A stretch of 64,000 nt of DNA from an uncultured Acidobacteriota bacterium (GTDB lineage: Bacteria > Acidobacteriota > Thermoanaerobaculia > Multivoradales > JAHEKO01), in the NCBI GenBank assembly GCA_963713825.1, contig CAVQNG010000005.1, positions 64,001 to 128,000 on the forward strand, given 5' to 3'. Shown piece after piece: positions 22,719 to 32,949 of the stretch. The notes beneath the pieces are model-generated. The model did not search any database and was not told the origin of the DNA. It was given only the letters and a program-made list of their open reading frames with translations. A program made the position numbers and the translations under genes. How positions within the stretch are numbered: position 1 is the first letter of the stretch; every line of letters starts with the position of its first letter.

Positions 22719-24037
22719 CTACCGCTCCCCGGAGCGTCGCAGCGCCGCCGGAGTGTAATCCTCCAGGGTCCGTTCGATGGTGAAGTCGTACATCGGCACC
22801 TCATTGTCCAGACCGATGGCGAGGTACCGCCCGGCCTGAAGGTCGGTGTGCACCTCCAGGGTGGTCCAGAACACGGCACGTCGTAGTAGTTGATGACGTG
22901 TCCTTCGGAGACCCGCCAGAGCTGGTCGCGGTTGTCGTACTGGTCCACGGCCAGGATCTGCCAGCTGTCCTCGTCCACGTAGAAGGTCCGACGCTTGTAG
23001 ACGTGCTGGCGCCTTCCTTCAGCGTCGCATCCACCACCCAGACCCGGTGCAGCTCGTAGCGGCGAAGTCCGGGTTGATGTGCAGCGGAGTCAGGATGTCC
23101 TTGACGTGAATGTCGCTGTGCAGCTCGTAGGAGTTGTACGGAACGTACATCTCCTTCTTGCCCACCAGCTTCCAGTCGTAGCGGTCGACGGCGCCGTTGA
23201 ACATGTCGAACTGGTCCGACGTCCGCATGCCGTCGGCAGCGGTGCCCGGGTTGTCGTAGGCCACGTTGGGGGCGCGGCGGACCCGCCGCTGACCCGGGTT
23301 GTAGAGCCAGGCGCTGCTGTGCTCCTTGACCTGGTTCAGGGTCTCGTGGACCAGGAGAATGCCGCCGGCCAGGCGGGCCGGGGCCGTGACTTCCTGCTTG
23401 AAGAACAGGATCTTGTTGCTCAGCTCCTCCTCGGTCATGCCCTCGTTGCTGTAGAGCATGTAGAACTCGTCGGAGAACTGAACCAGGGTGTACCTGCCGC
23501 CCGTGTAGGAGCGGCCTGCCCGATCTGCGGGCCGCATCGCCCCGGTAGCGCAGCAGGTGGTTCCAGATCACCTCCAGCCCGCTCTTCGGGATCGGGAAGG
23601 GATGCCGTTGATCGCACCTTCGACCCCGTACCCGTTCTCCACCAGGTGGGCGGTGGAGGCCACCTCCTTGGTCTTGTCGTAGATCCGCTGCGGGAACGAG
23701 GCGCTCCGCTGCGTCGGGTAGACGTTCATCTTGAAGCTCGGATAGGTGGACACGCCTGGAAGCCCGGTGTGAGCTTCTCGGCGTACTCGGCCATATTCGC
23801 CGCGGTGATGGTGAACGACCTCGTCACCGGCGAACGGATCCGGGTGATGCTCCGGGTGTGTAGCCCTCGGGAGGCGTGTGATCCCACCGTCCCAGGCCGG
23901 AATGGACCCGTCCTCGTTCCCGGCCTTCTCGGCGCCGAGGGGAGTGAGATCGGCCCCAGATGGGCGATCTCCTCCGCCGACAGCTCGGCCTGGGCCGGGG
24001 CAAACCGGGGAGGACAGCGCGCAACGAAGAGGATCAT
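22719..24037 (-). CDS. DUF1329 family outer-membrane/lipoprotein-sorting-like protein (multiply frameshifted)
   Basis: AWLYNPGQRRVRRAPNVAYD, DQFDMFNGAVDRYDWKLVGKKEMYVPYN, DEDSWQI. Confidence 0.85.
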
Positions 24038-24068
24038 TGGTCTATATATGTCTCCCTTACTCCTTCCC

Positions 24069-25974
24069 CTAGAACGAGTACTTCACGCTGGTGCCGATGA
24101 AGTCCCGATCGTTGATCAGGTTGTAGCGGCCGGCCCCCTCGTAGATGGTGTAGCTCAGGTCGATCTCCCAGCTTTGGACTGGTAGAAGCCCAGCCCCAGG
24201 GTGAAAGCCTTGCGCCCTTCGATGAAATTCCCACCAGGACCCGGAGAGACGCCGGCGACGTCATGCTGCCAGCCGAACCGGGGCTGGAGGTTCCAGGCGC
24301 CGATGGCGCCGAGGAAGTCCATCCGTCCAACCAGCCGGTAGCCCCAGGACGTGGCATCGGCAAAGGCCTTTCCTACTCGAACTCTTGCCCTGGTGGGCGC
24401 CGTAGATAGATTGGAAGGGGTTGCCAGTGGTGAAGGTACCGGGACCTTCCATGCGAAGCACATCTTGGCCGGATACCGGAAACATGGACACCGCCGCCTC
24501 CAACAGAAGGAGCGACTGGTCCGCGCCCAGCCCCGGTCCAAAGACCTTGGTGGCCGTGGCCTGCACCTGGGTCGAGTCTCGATCAGGTAGCCCGGGATCA
24601 TGTCCTCGGGAGGCCCACGCCGTCCGGGGAATCTCGCTGGTAGACTTGAACACCGGGTTGAGTCGGTGTCAGGGCGGCAAAGAAGAGCTCCACGTCATCC
24701 ACCGCATACGGCGCATCCTGTTTGTAGGATGCTTCACCCTGGAGGGCGATGCCCGTGGTTCCCATTTGGGTGTTGAAGCTCAAGCCGTAGAGTTTAATGT
24801 CCTCCGGGTACACCACCTGGTAGCGGGCCGTGGAGGAATAGAAATCGGTGGCTGCGGCCTGGCCCGCCTGAGCGGCAATGGCATCCACGGTGGGGCTGGC
24901 CCCCGGAGGCACACCGAAGGAGGTAGACGTTGCCCGCAGCCGCCGCACCAGCTGGACCGGCCCCCAGCAGCCCCTGAAGGGACCCGCTGATACCGTTCAG
25001 GGGGGGAGCCGGCTGTGGTAGTTGATGAAGTAGAAACCGAGCTCGGTCTCGCCGAACGGAACCACCGAAGGGCCAGGCCATATTGGCCGCCGTCCTCGGG
25101 CTCGATAGTGGCGGCCCGGGGGACCCCAGGAAAGGGTCGGTCCAAGGCGGCTGAATGAAGAAGGGGGAGGCGGCATACATGGAAGGAGTTCCGAAACCCA
25201 ACCCCACTAACGGGCCCCCCCCACCGGCGAAGTCGTTGGTGGAGAAGTAGGTCCCCGGAGGATCGATGACGGTCTCGTCCCAGCCGTACTGGTAGAAGGC
25301 CTCGATGGTCAGGGTATCGGAGAGGCCGAACGAGGCCCAGACCGTTCCGACGGGCGAAACGCCTCGCGGAGCTCGGCACCGGGTACCCGTAGGGCGGCCA
25401 CATCCACCGGATTGATGAGCTGATGCCGCCCTGGATGAAGGTGCTCTCACCCCAGTTCATAACCTGCTCGCCGGCCCGAAGCTGGCCCCGTCGCTCCGAG
25501 ATCGAACTGCCACCAGGCGTAAGCGTCCAGAAGCTCGAACCGGTTGCCAGCCCAATCGTGGGCCAGATCCGTCAGAGGGGTTCGGGCTCGCTATTCACCT
25601 TTGAGCTCGAAGTCGTAGAAACCAGAGGCCCGAACGAAAGCGCCGACGTTCTTATAGGCGAGGTCGATATCGGCGGTGGGCTTGACAGCGTTGCTGGCGA
25701 TGCCCTTTGTCGAAATTCAGGTTCCCGTCGTCCCCGTTGACCGAGTAGGCGGTACCCCCGCTGGCAAGCCGATGAGTCGCTGGTCCGGATCGTCGAGCCG
25801 GGAGCGGATGCCATACGACAGCGTGGTGTCGACGAAGAACTGGAACTGCCCGATCGAGAGATCGGCGGGCCTTGGCCGGTGCTACAGTCAGTGCGCTCAG
25901 TACGACAGCGAGGACGATCAAACCGACGCTCCCGCCGGAGCGTACAGAGCCGAGTCAGTGGTCTTCCTGCTCAT
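24069..25974 (-). CDS. DUF1302 family outer-membrane protein (multiply frameshifted)
   Basis: NGDDGNLNF, NWGESTFIQGG, GTYFSTNDF, YPEDIKLYGLSFNT; C-terminal DRDFIGTSVKYSF. Confidence 0.85.
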
Positions 25975-26172
25975 CTGCCCACTCCTCTCATGGTTGTCTC
26001 CTTCCAATCTTCCCTTCGGTGAAGGGAGACGAAAATGGCCGGGTGCGGCCTCTGGCCACTAAGTGACCTTGAGTCAAACAACCCAAATATCCTGAACAGA
26101 AACCACCTGTCAGGCCTCCCCCGCGAGATAAAAAAAACCTTGAGGAATAGAGTTTCCTGCCAGTGGTTTGTT

Positions 26173-26206
26173 GTAGACAATACCCACCCGGGTGGGTATT
26201 GCCTAC
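26173..26206. promoter_or_regulatory. Perfect 24-bp palindrome, candidate repressor operator
   Basis: CAATACCCACCCGGGTGGGTATTG at 26178-26201, extended by GTAG...CTAC, in an AT-richer divergent intergenic region. Confidence 0.65.
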
Positions 26207-26337
26207 CTGCGCGGGTGGTTATAGTGGAGGGCCGCTCGAGACTGAGGGAAAACAAATGGTCCGGTCTTGCGTCTAATGTTCTGATGCCACTCAAGACTCC
26301 GACCGAGGGGTCAAAAGATCGATGGAGACTGAGTTTT

Positions 26338-27864
26338 GATGAGACCTCAGTGATTCTCCTGTTTGTTGCACTGCTGCTTGCACCGCTTCTCGGGAGCCCA
26401 GCCAACGCCGATGAGATGCCCTGGCCGACTTTGAAGCGGGCCCGCACGGTGTCGGGTTCCGAACCTGGATGTAACCGACTACGGGCGCACAGTCGCGCCG
26501 CGAGTCGATTGGCGAGGTGTCGAGCATCCCGGCAACAACTTCCGCCAGGTCCGGATCTCGGTCTGGTACCCGGCTGCCGTCGAGACCAAGTGCGAGCCGA
26601 TGGTGTACCGCGACTACATCGAGGCTGCCGGATTCGAAACCCCCATGGAAGGCGAGCTACTCGTCGGTATCGATGCCTATCTTGCCCATTCGACGTTCGG
26701 TGGGGCCGACAAGGAGAAGTCCGGAGAATGGTCGAAGAGACGACGACCGCCTATCGTGATGCGGCACCGCTCGAGGGCTCCTACCCAGTCATTGTCTACG
26801 CTCCGAGTTTCAGTTACGAGCCATTCGAGAACTCGGCTCTCTTCGAGTACCTGGCCAGCCACGGCTACATCGTCGGAGCGAGCCGCTCTTCTGGCCCCGA
26901 GACGAGGGAGATGTCCATGGATCTGGCGGGCGTCGAGGCCAGCGTGCGCGACATGGAGCTCATCCTCGATGCGCTCCACGATACGGGGCAAGCCAATCTC
27001 GAGCGAGTCGGTGCCGCTGGGTTCAGTTGGGGAGCTTTGAGTGCCGCCATTCTGGGCATGCGCAACTTCAACGTGCAGGCAGTGCTGGCTCTCGATGGCA
27101 CCCTGGAGCACGCTGAGATCCCTACAGTCGAGGAGAGGTACGACTTCGTACCGCGGCGGCTACGCGGCGGGTACCTCGCCATCGTTGGCGACCGTGAGCC
27201 GGTCCGGTCGTTAGGTGGCGATGCGCTGTATGCGGATGTGTTCGAGCTGCGTTATCCGGCTCTGATGCATTGGGATTTTGCCTCCGACCTCATCCGTATC
27301 CAAGTGCACAGCACCGGCGAGCCCGATCCGGAGCGCCGTGTCCTTGTCGATGACGCCTACGGGATCATTGCCTATCAGGCACGTCTGCTGTTCGATGCCT
27401 ACCTGAAGGGGAACGAGGTCAACAGAGAGGTGCTGCTCGAAGGCAATATGCGGGCGATGAATTCGGCCATCGTGATCGAGAACCGAACGGCCCGGGCCGC
27501 GCTGCCGCCACCTCCGAGTCCAGCGGAATTTGCGACCCTGCTCCGCACCGATGTCGAAGAGGCTCGCTTGGTTCTCGCTAGTGTGGAGAAGAACGATCCC
27601 GAGATCGAGCTACTCGACTGGACGCAGTTTCAGGACTCCGTCTCGGTGAGCGGGTTCGAAACCAAGCTCGCCATCCTCGAGCTGGCCCGGGAGGAGCTGG
27701 GCGAGAGCTCGATCCTCTTCAACAATTATGGCCAGGCCTGGCGACTCGAAGGCGACCCGGAGAAGGCCCTCGGCTATTTCCGCCAGGCCCTTGCCCACAA
27801 CCCCGACAGCGGCTTCGCCAAGAAGTCCATCGAGGAGCTCGAAGCGGAGTTGGCCTCGCAGTAG
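26338..27864 (+). CDS. Secreted alpha/beta hydrolase with C-terminal TPR (5' part frameshifted; start approximate)
   Basis: Signal-like VILLFVALLLAPLL; YPVIVYAP, EYLASHGYIV, nucleophile GFSWG, LDG; TPR NNYGQAW. Confidence 0.8.
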   Translation, partial: DETSVILLFVALLLAPLLGSPANADEMPWPTLKRARTVSGSEPGCNRLRAHSRAASRLARCRASRQQLPPGPDLGLVPGCRRDQVRADGVPRLHRGCRIRNPHGRRATRRYRCLSCPFDVRWGRQGEVRRMVEETTTAYRDAAPLEGSYPVIVYAPSFSYEPFENSALFEYLASHGYIVGASRSSGPETREMSMDLAGVEASVRDMELILDALHDTGQANLERVGAAGFSWGALSAAILGMRNFNVQAVLALDGTLEHAEIPTVEERYDFVPRRLRGGYLAIVGDREPVRSLGGDALYADVFELRYPALMHWDFASDLIRIQVHSTGEPDPERRVLVDDAYGIIAYQARLLFDAYLKGNEVNREVLLEGNMRAMNSAIVIENRTARAALPPPPSPAEFATLLRTDVEEARLVLASVEKNDPEIELLDWTQFQDSVSVSGFETKLAILELAREELGESSILFNNYGQAWRLEGDPEKALGYFRQALAHNPDSGFAKKSIEELEAELASQ

Positions 27865-27915
27865 GTGAAAGGCTCTCGCCCTCCACACTTCCGAGCGCTC
27901 TTCGATCGGCATACA

Positions 27916-28833
27916 ATGCCGAGCATGCGATTACGGTTGGGAGGGGCTGCGATTCTGCTCCTCTTTCTTTCGGTCCCATTGGTTGGCCAGGAGCTCGAGC
28001 CGGCTGCCTACAAGGTGGTGCCGATCAATGTGAACCTGTTTCAGGTGGGCTACATCCTGGCGGTCGGCGATGTGAGCTTCACTCCGGCGCTACCAGCCGA
28101 GGATGTCGAGGCCACCATCAACTCAATGACCGTGATGTTGGGTCGGACCCTCGGGATCTTCGGCCGGTCGGCGAATCTCGGATTCGTGCTTCCTGTCACG
28201 GTCGGCCATCTCGAGGGGCTCTACATCGGCGAGTTCACGGAAGTGGATCGTTCGGGACTGCGCGATCCCATGTTCCGCTTGGCGGTGAATCTTTATGGCG
28301 GTCCAGCCATGGAATTGAAGGAGTTCGCCTCCTACAAGCCGAAGACCAATGTTGGAGCTAGCCTTCGAATCCTGGCACCGCTGGGGCAATACGACTCCAG
28401 CAAGATCATCAACTTGGGCACCAACCGCTGGTCTTTCAAGCCGGAGATCGGCGTGACCAGGGCCCTGGGTAAGTGGAGCCTCGAGTTCTACGCCGGAGTC
28501 TGGATCTTCACGGACAACACAAATTTCATTGGGGGTATGACCCGCGAGCAAGATCCAATCGGCTCATTCCAATTCCACACCCTCTACACCTTCAAGCCAG
28601 GAAGGTGGCTGGCACTGGACCTCAACTACTACACTGGTGGGACCACGACAGTCGATGGCTTGGAGAACTTGGACCTGCAGCAGAACTCGCGAGCCGGCCT
28701 GACCTATTCTCATCCCCTGAATCGCCGAAGCACCCTGAGGATTGCCTACAGCCGGGGTGCGCGGACGACCATCGGCGCAGCATTCGACGCCATTGCGGTG
28801 GGCTACTCGTACGTGTGGGGTGGCGGGATGTAG
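27916..28833 (+). CDS. Outer-membrane beta-barrel 'transporter' (MetA/phenol-degradation-like family)
   Basis: Signal peptide; SGLRDP, APLGQYD...NLGTNRWSFKPEIG; aromatic C-terminal strand. Confidence 0.85.
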   Translation: MPSMRLRLGGAAILLLFLSVPLVGQELEPAAYKVVPINVNLFQVGYILAVGDVSFTPALPAEDVEATINSMTVMLGRTLGIFGRSANLGFVLPVTVGHLEGLYIGEFTEVDRSGLRDPMFRLAVNLYGGPAMELKEFASYKPKTNVGASLRILAPLGQYDSSKIINLGTNRWSFKPEIGVTRALGKWSLEFYAGVWIFTDNTNFIGGMTREQDPIGSFQFHTLYTFKPGRWLALDLNYYTGGTTTVDGLENLDLQQNSRAGLTYSHPLNRRSTLRIAYSRGARTTIGAAFDAIAVGYSYVWGGGM

Positions 28834-28906
28834 TCGGCGTCGAGTGGTTTTGCTGTACACGAAGTCCGGTGGCCGGCAGAGCTATAGAAGCAGAGTGGAG
28901 GGTCTG

Positions 28907-30715
28907 GTGGCTCATTCGAAGATAGCCATAAGCCTATTAGTTGTCGCGTTTGTGCCTCTGGCCCCAGGTGCCGAGGTAGAGGCGGCAGAAGTGGGTGACT
29001 TGCAAGCTCGCATCGAGAGAGTCGAGGCAGGACTGCTGCCGAGCTTGATCCGGATGGACCTGGCCCCGCCGGTGTGGACGCTGGCGGAGCGGATGAGGCA
29101 CTATGATGCTCCGGCGGTGAGCCTGGCGGTGCTGGACGACTTCGAGATCTCCTGGGCCAAGGCCTGGGGTGTGGTGAAGATAGGTAGTGAAGCCAGGGCT
29201 ACAGCGGAGACTCTCTTCCAGTTCGGCTCGATCAGCAAACCGGTCACGGCCCTCCTGACGCTGCGACTGGTAGCCGAAGGGCGCCTCGGTCTGGACGATC
29301 CCATCAACGAGCGACTGTCATCGTGGAAGCTCCCCGACTCCGTCGCTGGCGGTGCCAAGCCCGTGCTCCTGCGCCATGTCCTCAGTCACGGCGCAGGAAT
29401 CGCTCCGTTCACGCTGCCAGTGTATGAACCGGGCGACGATTACCCCGGGGTGTTGGCACTTGTGGAGAACAAGGCGGATCGTCCTGTTCCACCGGTGGTC
29501 CGGGTGAGGCCTCCAGGCGTTCAGTTCGAATACTCGAATGCCGGGTACGCAATAGTGGAGCTCCTTCTGGAGGATGTCAGTGGGGACGAGTTTGCCCAGT
29601 TGGCGGAGAAGAAGCTGTTCGAACCCCTGGGAATGTACAGTACCTCCTTCGCCAGAAGATCTTTCCGACAAGCACTTCGAGCAGGCAGCCTGGGGACACA
29701 CAGGCAAAGAGCGGACTCCAATCGAGGGCAAGGGCCTGTTCCCTCCGGCTGCAGTGGGGGGACTCTGGTCGACACCATCGGACCTGGCGCGGCTACTCCA
29801 AGAGCTGATGCTCGCCTCCAGGGGGGACAAGGACCGTTGGTTTCCGCCGGAGCTGGCCCGCGAGATGCTCTCTCCGCAGATCCAGGGCCAGGGTCTGTCG
29901 CTCCGACTACGCGAGGGGGGACGGGGTCGGTATTTCCTCCACGGCGGCGGCATGCCAGGCTTCGTGGCCTTGTTCGTGGCATTTCCCGAGACTGGGCAAG
30001 GAGCGGTCGTCGCCATCAACGGTGGTGCCTACCCGTTGCTGGGCGAGGTACTCCGGGCGGTAGCGGCCGAGTACGATTGGCCCGGCTATCTTCCAGAGTT
30101 CGAGGCCAAGACGATTCCGGCTGAGCGCTTCGCCCAGTTCGAGGGCCGCTATGTCTTCGACCGCAGCGGCGGTACGGAGATGGAGATCTCCAGCGATGGT
30201 GGCAGGTTCTACCGCGGCCGCGCCGAGATGGTGCCGGTCGGTGAGCGGATCTTCGCCGTGCACCAGCTCGGTGACGTGCTCGAATTCCTGGTCGATCCCG
30301 ATGGCCCGGTTCGAACCTTTCGATACGGCGAGCCCGGCATCAATCAAGCCTGGGCCAGGCGAATGCCGGCGGATTTGCCGGATGCCGCGCGATTGACAAG
30401 GGAGTTGCCTACGGGGTTGTCCGCAAGTTTGTCGGTCCCTTCGGCAACCTCGAGACGAACATCTCGGAGGCCAATCTGGAGTCTCTGGGAATCGAGCGTG
30501 GCGATGCCTTCGAAGTGCGGGTCGGGGGACAACAGATGCGGGCGATGGTCGTGGAGGGCTTCGCCGAGGTTCGGGCCGGAGAGTGGGTCCTGATTCCGGG
30601 AAGAGATCCCGAGCGGCTGGTCCTGGGCCGCCACTCATCCAATGCGATGTCCGAGCTCGGCGTCCGGGCTGGCGCGCCGATCGAGGTCAGGCCGATCAAG
30701 CCCCCAGCAGAGTAG
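28907..30715 (+). CDS. Secreted beta-lactamase-family serine hydrolase with extra C-terminal region (frameshifts near 29650 and 30430)
   Basis: FQFGSISK, YSNAGY, GGLWSTPSDLAR and HGG motifs. Confidence 0.82.
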
Positions 30716-31712
30716 CCGCTGCCGAGAGAATGCGGTCGACATTCGGTAGGGCGTGTCGCTCGCGTCGCTGGTCGAACGGAATCGTGTTCTCGACGCAGAC
30801 TCTTGCGAACTTCGCATCGACTCCGGCCTCGAGCACAGTTGCTGCCAGTTCGCCCGAGAGCCCGAAGTCCCGGTAGTCTTCGTCGACCACCAGAAGCCGA
30901 CCGGAGCTGCCGACGGCCTCACACACCGCCCCGCGATCGAGGGGTTGGACACTGCGCAGGTCGATGACCCCGGCTTGTGTGCCGTGCTCTGTGGCGAGGC
31001 GCTCGGCAGCCTCGAGCGAACGGTGGACGCCGACTCCGACGCTGACGATCGTCAGATCGGTCCCCTCGCGCCGGGTTACCGATCGACCCAGGGGAATCGG
31101 TTCCCAGGTGTCCGGTACGGGCCCGCTCTCACCGGCTGGCGGGACGTCGTAGCTGACGGTCGGTCGCCCCCCCGATCCCAAGTAGTCACGCCAGTAGTCG
31201 GCGAGAAGCTTGTGCTCGAGGTAGATCACAGGTCCACCATCGGCAAAGGCTCCGAGCAGTAGGCCGCCAGCATCGGCAGGGGTCGAGGGAACCACGACCG
31301 AGAGCCCGGGAATGTGTGCCAGCCAGGCCCAGAGAGCCTGCTCATGCTGACCGCCATCACCGTAGCCACCGCCGCAGGCAGCTCGAACCACCATTGGCAC
31401 CCGCCACCGCCCGCCGGAAAAGGCTTCGATCTTGGCTGCCTGATTGACCAGTGCATCTGCGGCGACCGGAAGGAAATCGATGAGCATGATCTCCACGACG
31501 GGTCGCAGGCCGGCCATGGCGGCGCCGACGGCCGCCCCGAGAAAGGCCGACTCGCTGATCGGCGCCGGTCGGACTCTTCGCTCCCCGAATTGGGCGTAGA
31601 GGTTCATTCGCAGCCCTGGCACGTCCTCTCCGAACACCACGATTCGCTCGTCCTCGGCCATGGCCTGACAGAGAGCCTCCTCGATCGCTGCGGCGAAACC
31701 GAGCTCTCTCAT
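30696..31712 (-). CDS. TPP-dependent 2-oxoacid/acetoin dehydrogenase E1 beta subunit
   Basis: GEDV, APISESAF, GLRPVVEIM, HEQ, PSTPADA and IDLRSVQPLD motifs. Confidence 0.92.
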   Translation of the reverse strand: MRELGFAAAIEEALCQAMAEDERIVVFGEDVPGLRMNLYAQFGERRVRPAPISESAFLGAAVGAAMAGLRPVVEIMLIDFLPVAADALVNQAAKIEAFSGGRWRVPMVVRAACGGGYGDGGQHEQALWAWLAHIPGLSVVVPSTPADAGGLLLGAFADGGPVIYLEHKLLADYWRDYLGSGGRPTVSYDVPPAGESGPVPDTWEPIPLGRSVTRREGTDLTIVSVGVGVHRSLEAAERLATEHGTQAGVIDLRSVQPLDRGAVCEAVGSSGRLLVVDEDYRDFGLSGELAATVLEAGVDAKFARVCVENTIPFDQRRERHALPNVDRILSAAATLLGA

Positions 31713-32749
31713 CGCGGATCCTCCTGCAGGCTGGCAATCGCGTCATCGACAGCTGCCCGCACACGAGTCTCGATCTCCTGCTCGAGGCCCTCCAGCTCGC
31801 CGCGGTCCATCTCGAGTCGCTTTCGCAGTCGGCGGATCGGGTCGTGGCCTCGCATGGCAGCAGCCTTGGAGAGCATTTTGGTGATTCCGCCGAGGCTCGC
31901 GGCGCGGCCACCGAGTCCGGCTCCTCGACCGGTGGTCGTCGACTTGAGGAGCGGGCCGAGCTTGTCTTTGAGCTCGGCAACCGGCTGGCGAACGATGCGC
32001 AGTAGGGGATCTCCGAGTAGGTGTCCTTCAGGGCGAACACAGGAGGCGTGGATGAAGCTCGGGCCACCACCTCGTCGTGCTCGGGTGATCGCCTCCGAGG
32101 CCACCCGCCACACGTTTTCCACGCGCGTACCATCGACTTCCACGGCTGGAATCCCGAATCCTCGGACCCGCTCGACCAGGTCGCCCGAGGTGACCTGCTT
32201 CGATTCGGTCGTGATTGCCATCCCATTGTTCTTGCAGATGAACAGAACGGGGAGCTTCCAGGCTCCTGCCAGATTGAAGGACTCCAGCAGCATCCCCTGA
32301 TTCATGGCACCCTCACCGAAGAACGCCACCGCCACGCGATCGGGTCTCAAATGCTGATGGGCGAGGGCGAATCCGCAGGCGAAGGGTCCCGAGCTGCCAA
32401 CGATTCCCGAAGCAGCTGCCAGGAGCTCCTTGGACATCAAGTGCATGTGGCCGCCCAAGCCGCGACCCAGTCCGGCCTCGCTGCCGAGGCACTCCGCGAC
32501 AATTGCGGTGAGATCGACACCCTTCATCACCATGGGTGGCGTCGAGCGATGATCAGCAGCGACCGCGTCTTCGTTGGTCAGGTGATCGAGGGCACCTGCG
32601 ACGATCCCCTCTTCGCCGACGCCGAGGTGCATCTCGCCCGAGACGCGGCCTTCCTGCCAGAGCTTCGAGATCTCCTCTTCGAGCCGCCGGCTGGTGAGCA
32701 TCGACCGGTAGAGTCCGGTCCGATCCGGTTCCTGCTTCCTGTCTCGCAA
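31709..32749 (-). CDS. TPP-dependent 2-oxoacid/acetoin dehydrogenase E1 alpha subunit
   Basis: GEMHLGVGEEG, GGHMHL, TPP motif GEGA...NN; overlaps the beta-subunit start. Confidence 0.92.
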   Translation of the reverse strand: MRDRKQEPDRTGLYRSMLTSRRLEEEISKLWQEGRVSGEMHLGVGEEGIVAGALDHLTNEDAVAADHRSTPPMVMKGVDLTAIVAECLGSEAGLGRGLGGHMHLMSKELLAAASGIVGSSGPFACGFALAHQHLRPDRVAVAFFGEGAMNQGMLLESFNLAGAWKLPVLFICKNNGMAITTESKQVTSGDLVERVRGFGIPAVEVDGTRVENVWRVASEAITRARRGGGPSFIHASCVRPEGHLLGDPLLRIVRQPVAELKDKLGPLLKSTTTGRGAGLGGRAASLGGITKMLSKAAAMRGHDPIRRLRKRLEMDRGELEGLEQEIETRVRAAVDDAIASLQEDPR

Positions 32750-32949
32750 TAGCGCTTCCCTGTTCCGAGGCTATCGCAGAGTCACAGAAGCCGTCGAATG
32801 ACTGCGCCCTGCTGGAGGTGGCACTTTCCGAACTGGAATACGTATTGATCTGTTAAGTCCAGGGTGACTTTTCAAGAAGGTCGAAGAGCGGTACCTGAGG
32901 AGTTCGGCAGATGGGCCTCGGTATCTGCAACTGCTGAAGGAGCAACGGG

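Noticed and set aside
19302-26800. Wholesale pseudogenisation or programmed frameshifting of the DUF1302-DUF1329-YCF48-RND operon
   Set aside because: Dense short indels with otherwise well-conserved motifs, plus similar isolated indels elsewhere (29650, 33715, 35070, 42690), fit low-coverage long-read error better. This needs a read-level check.
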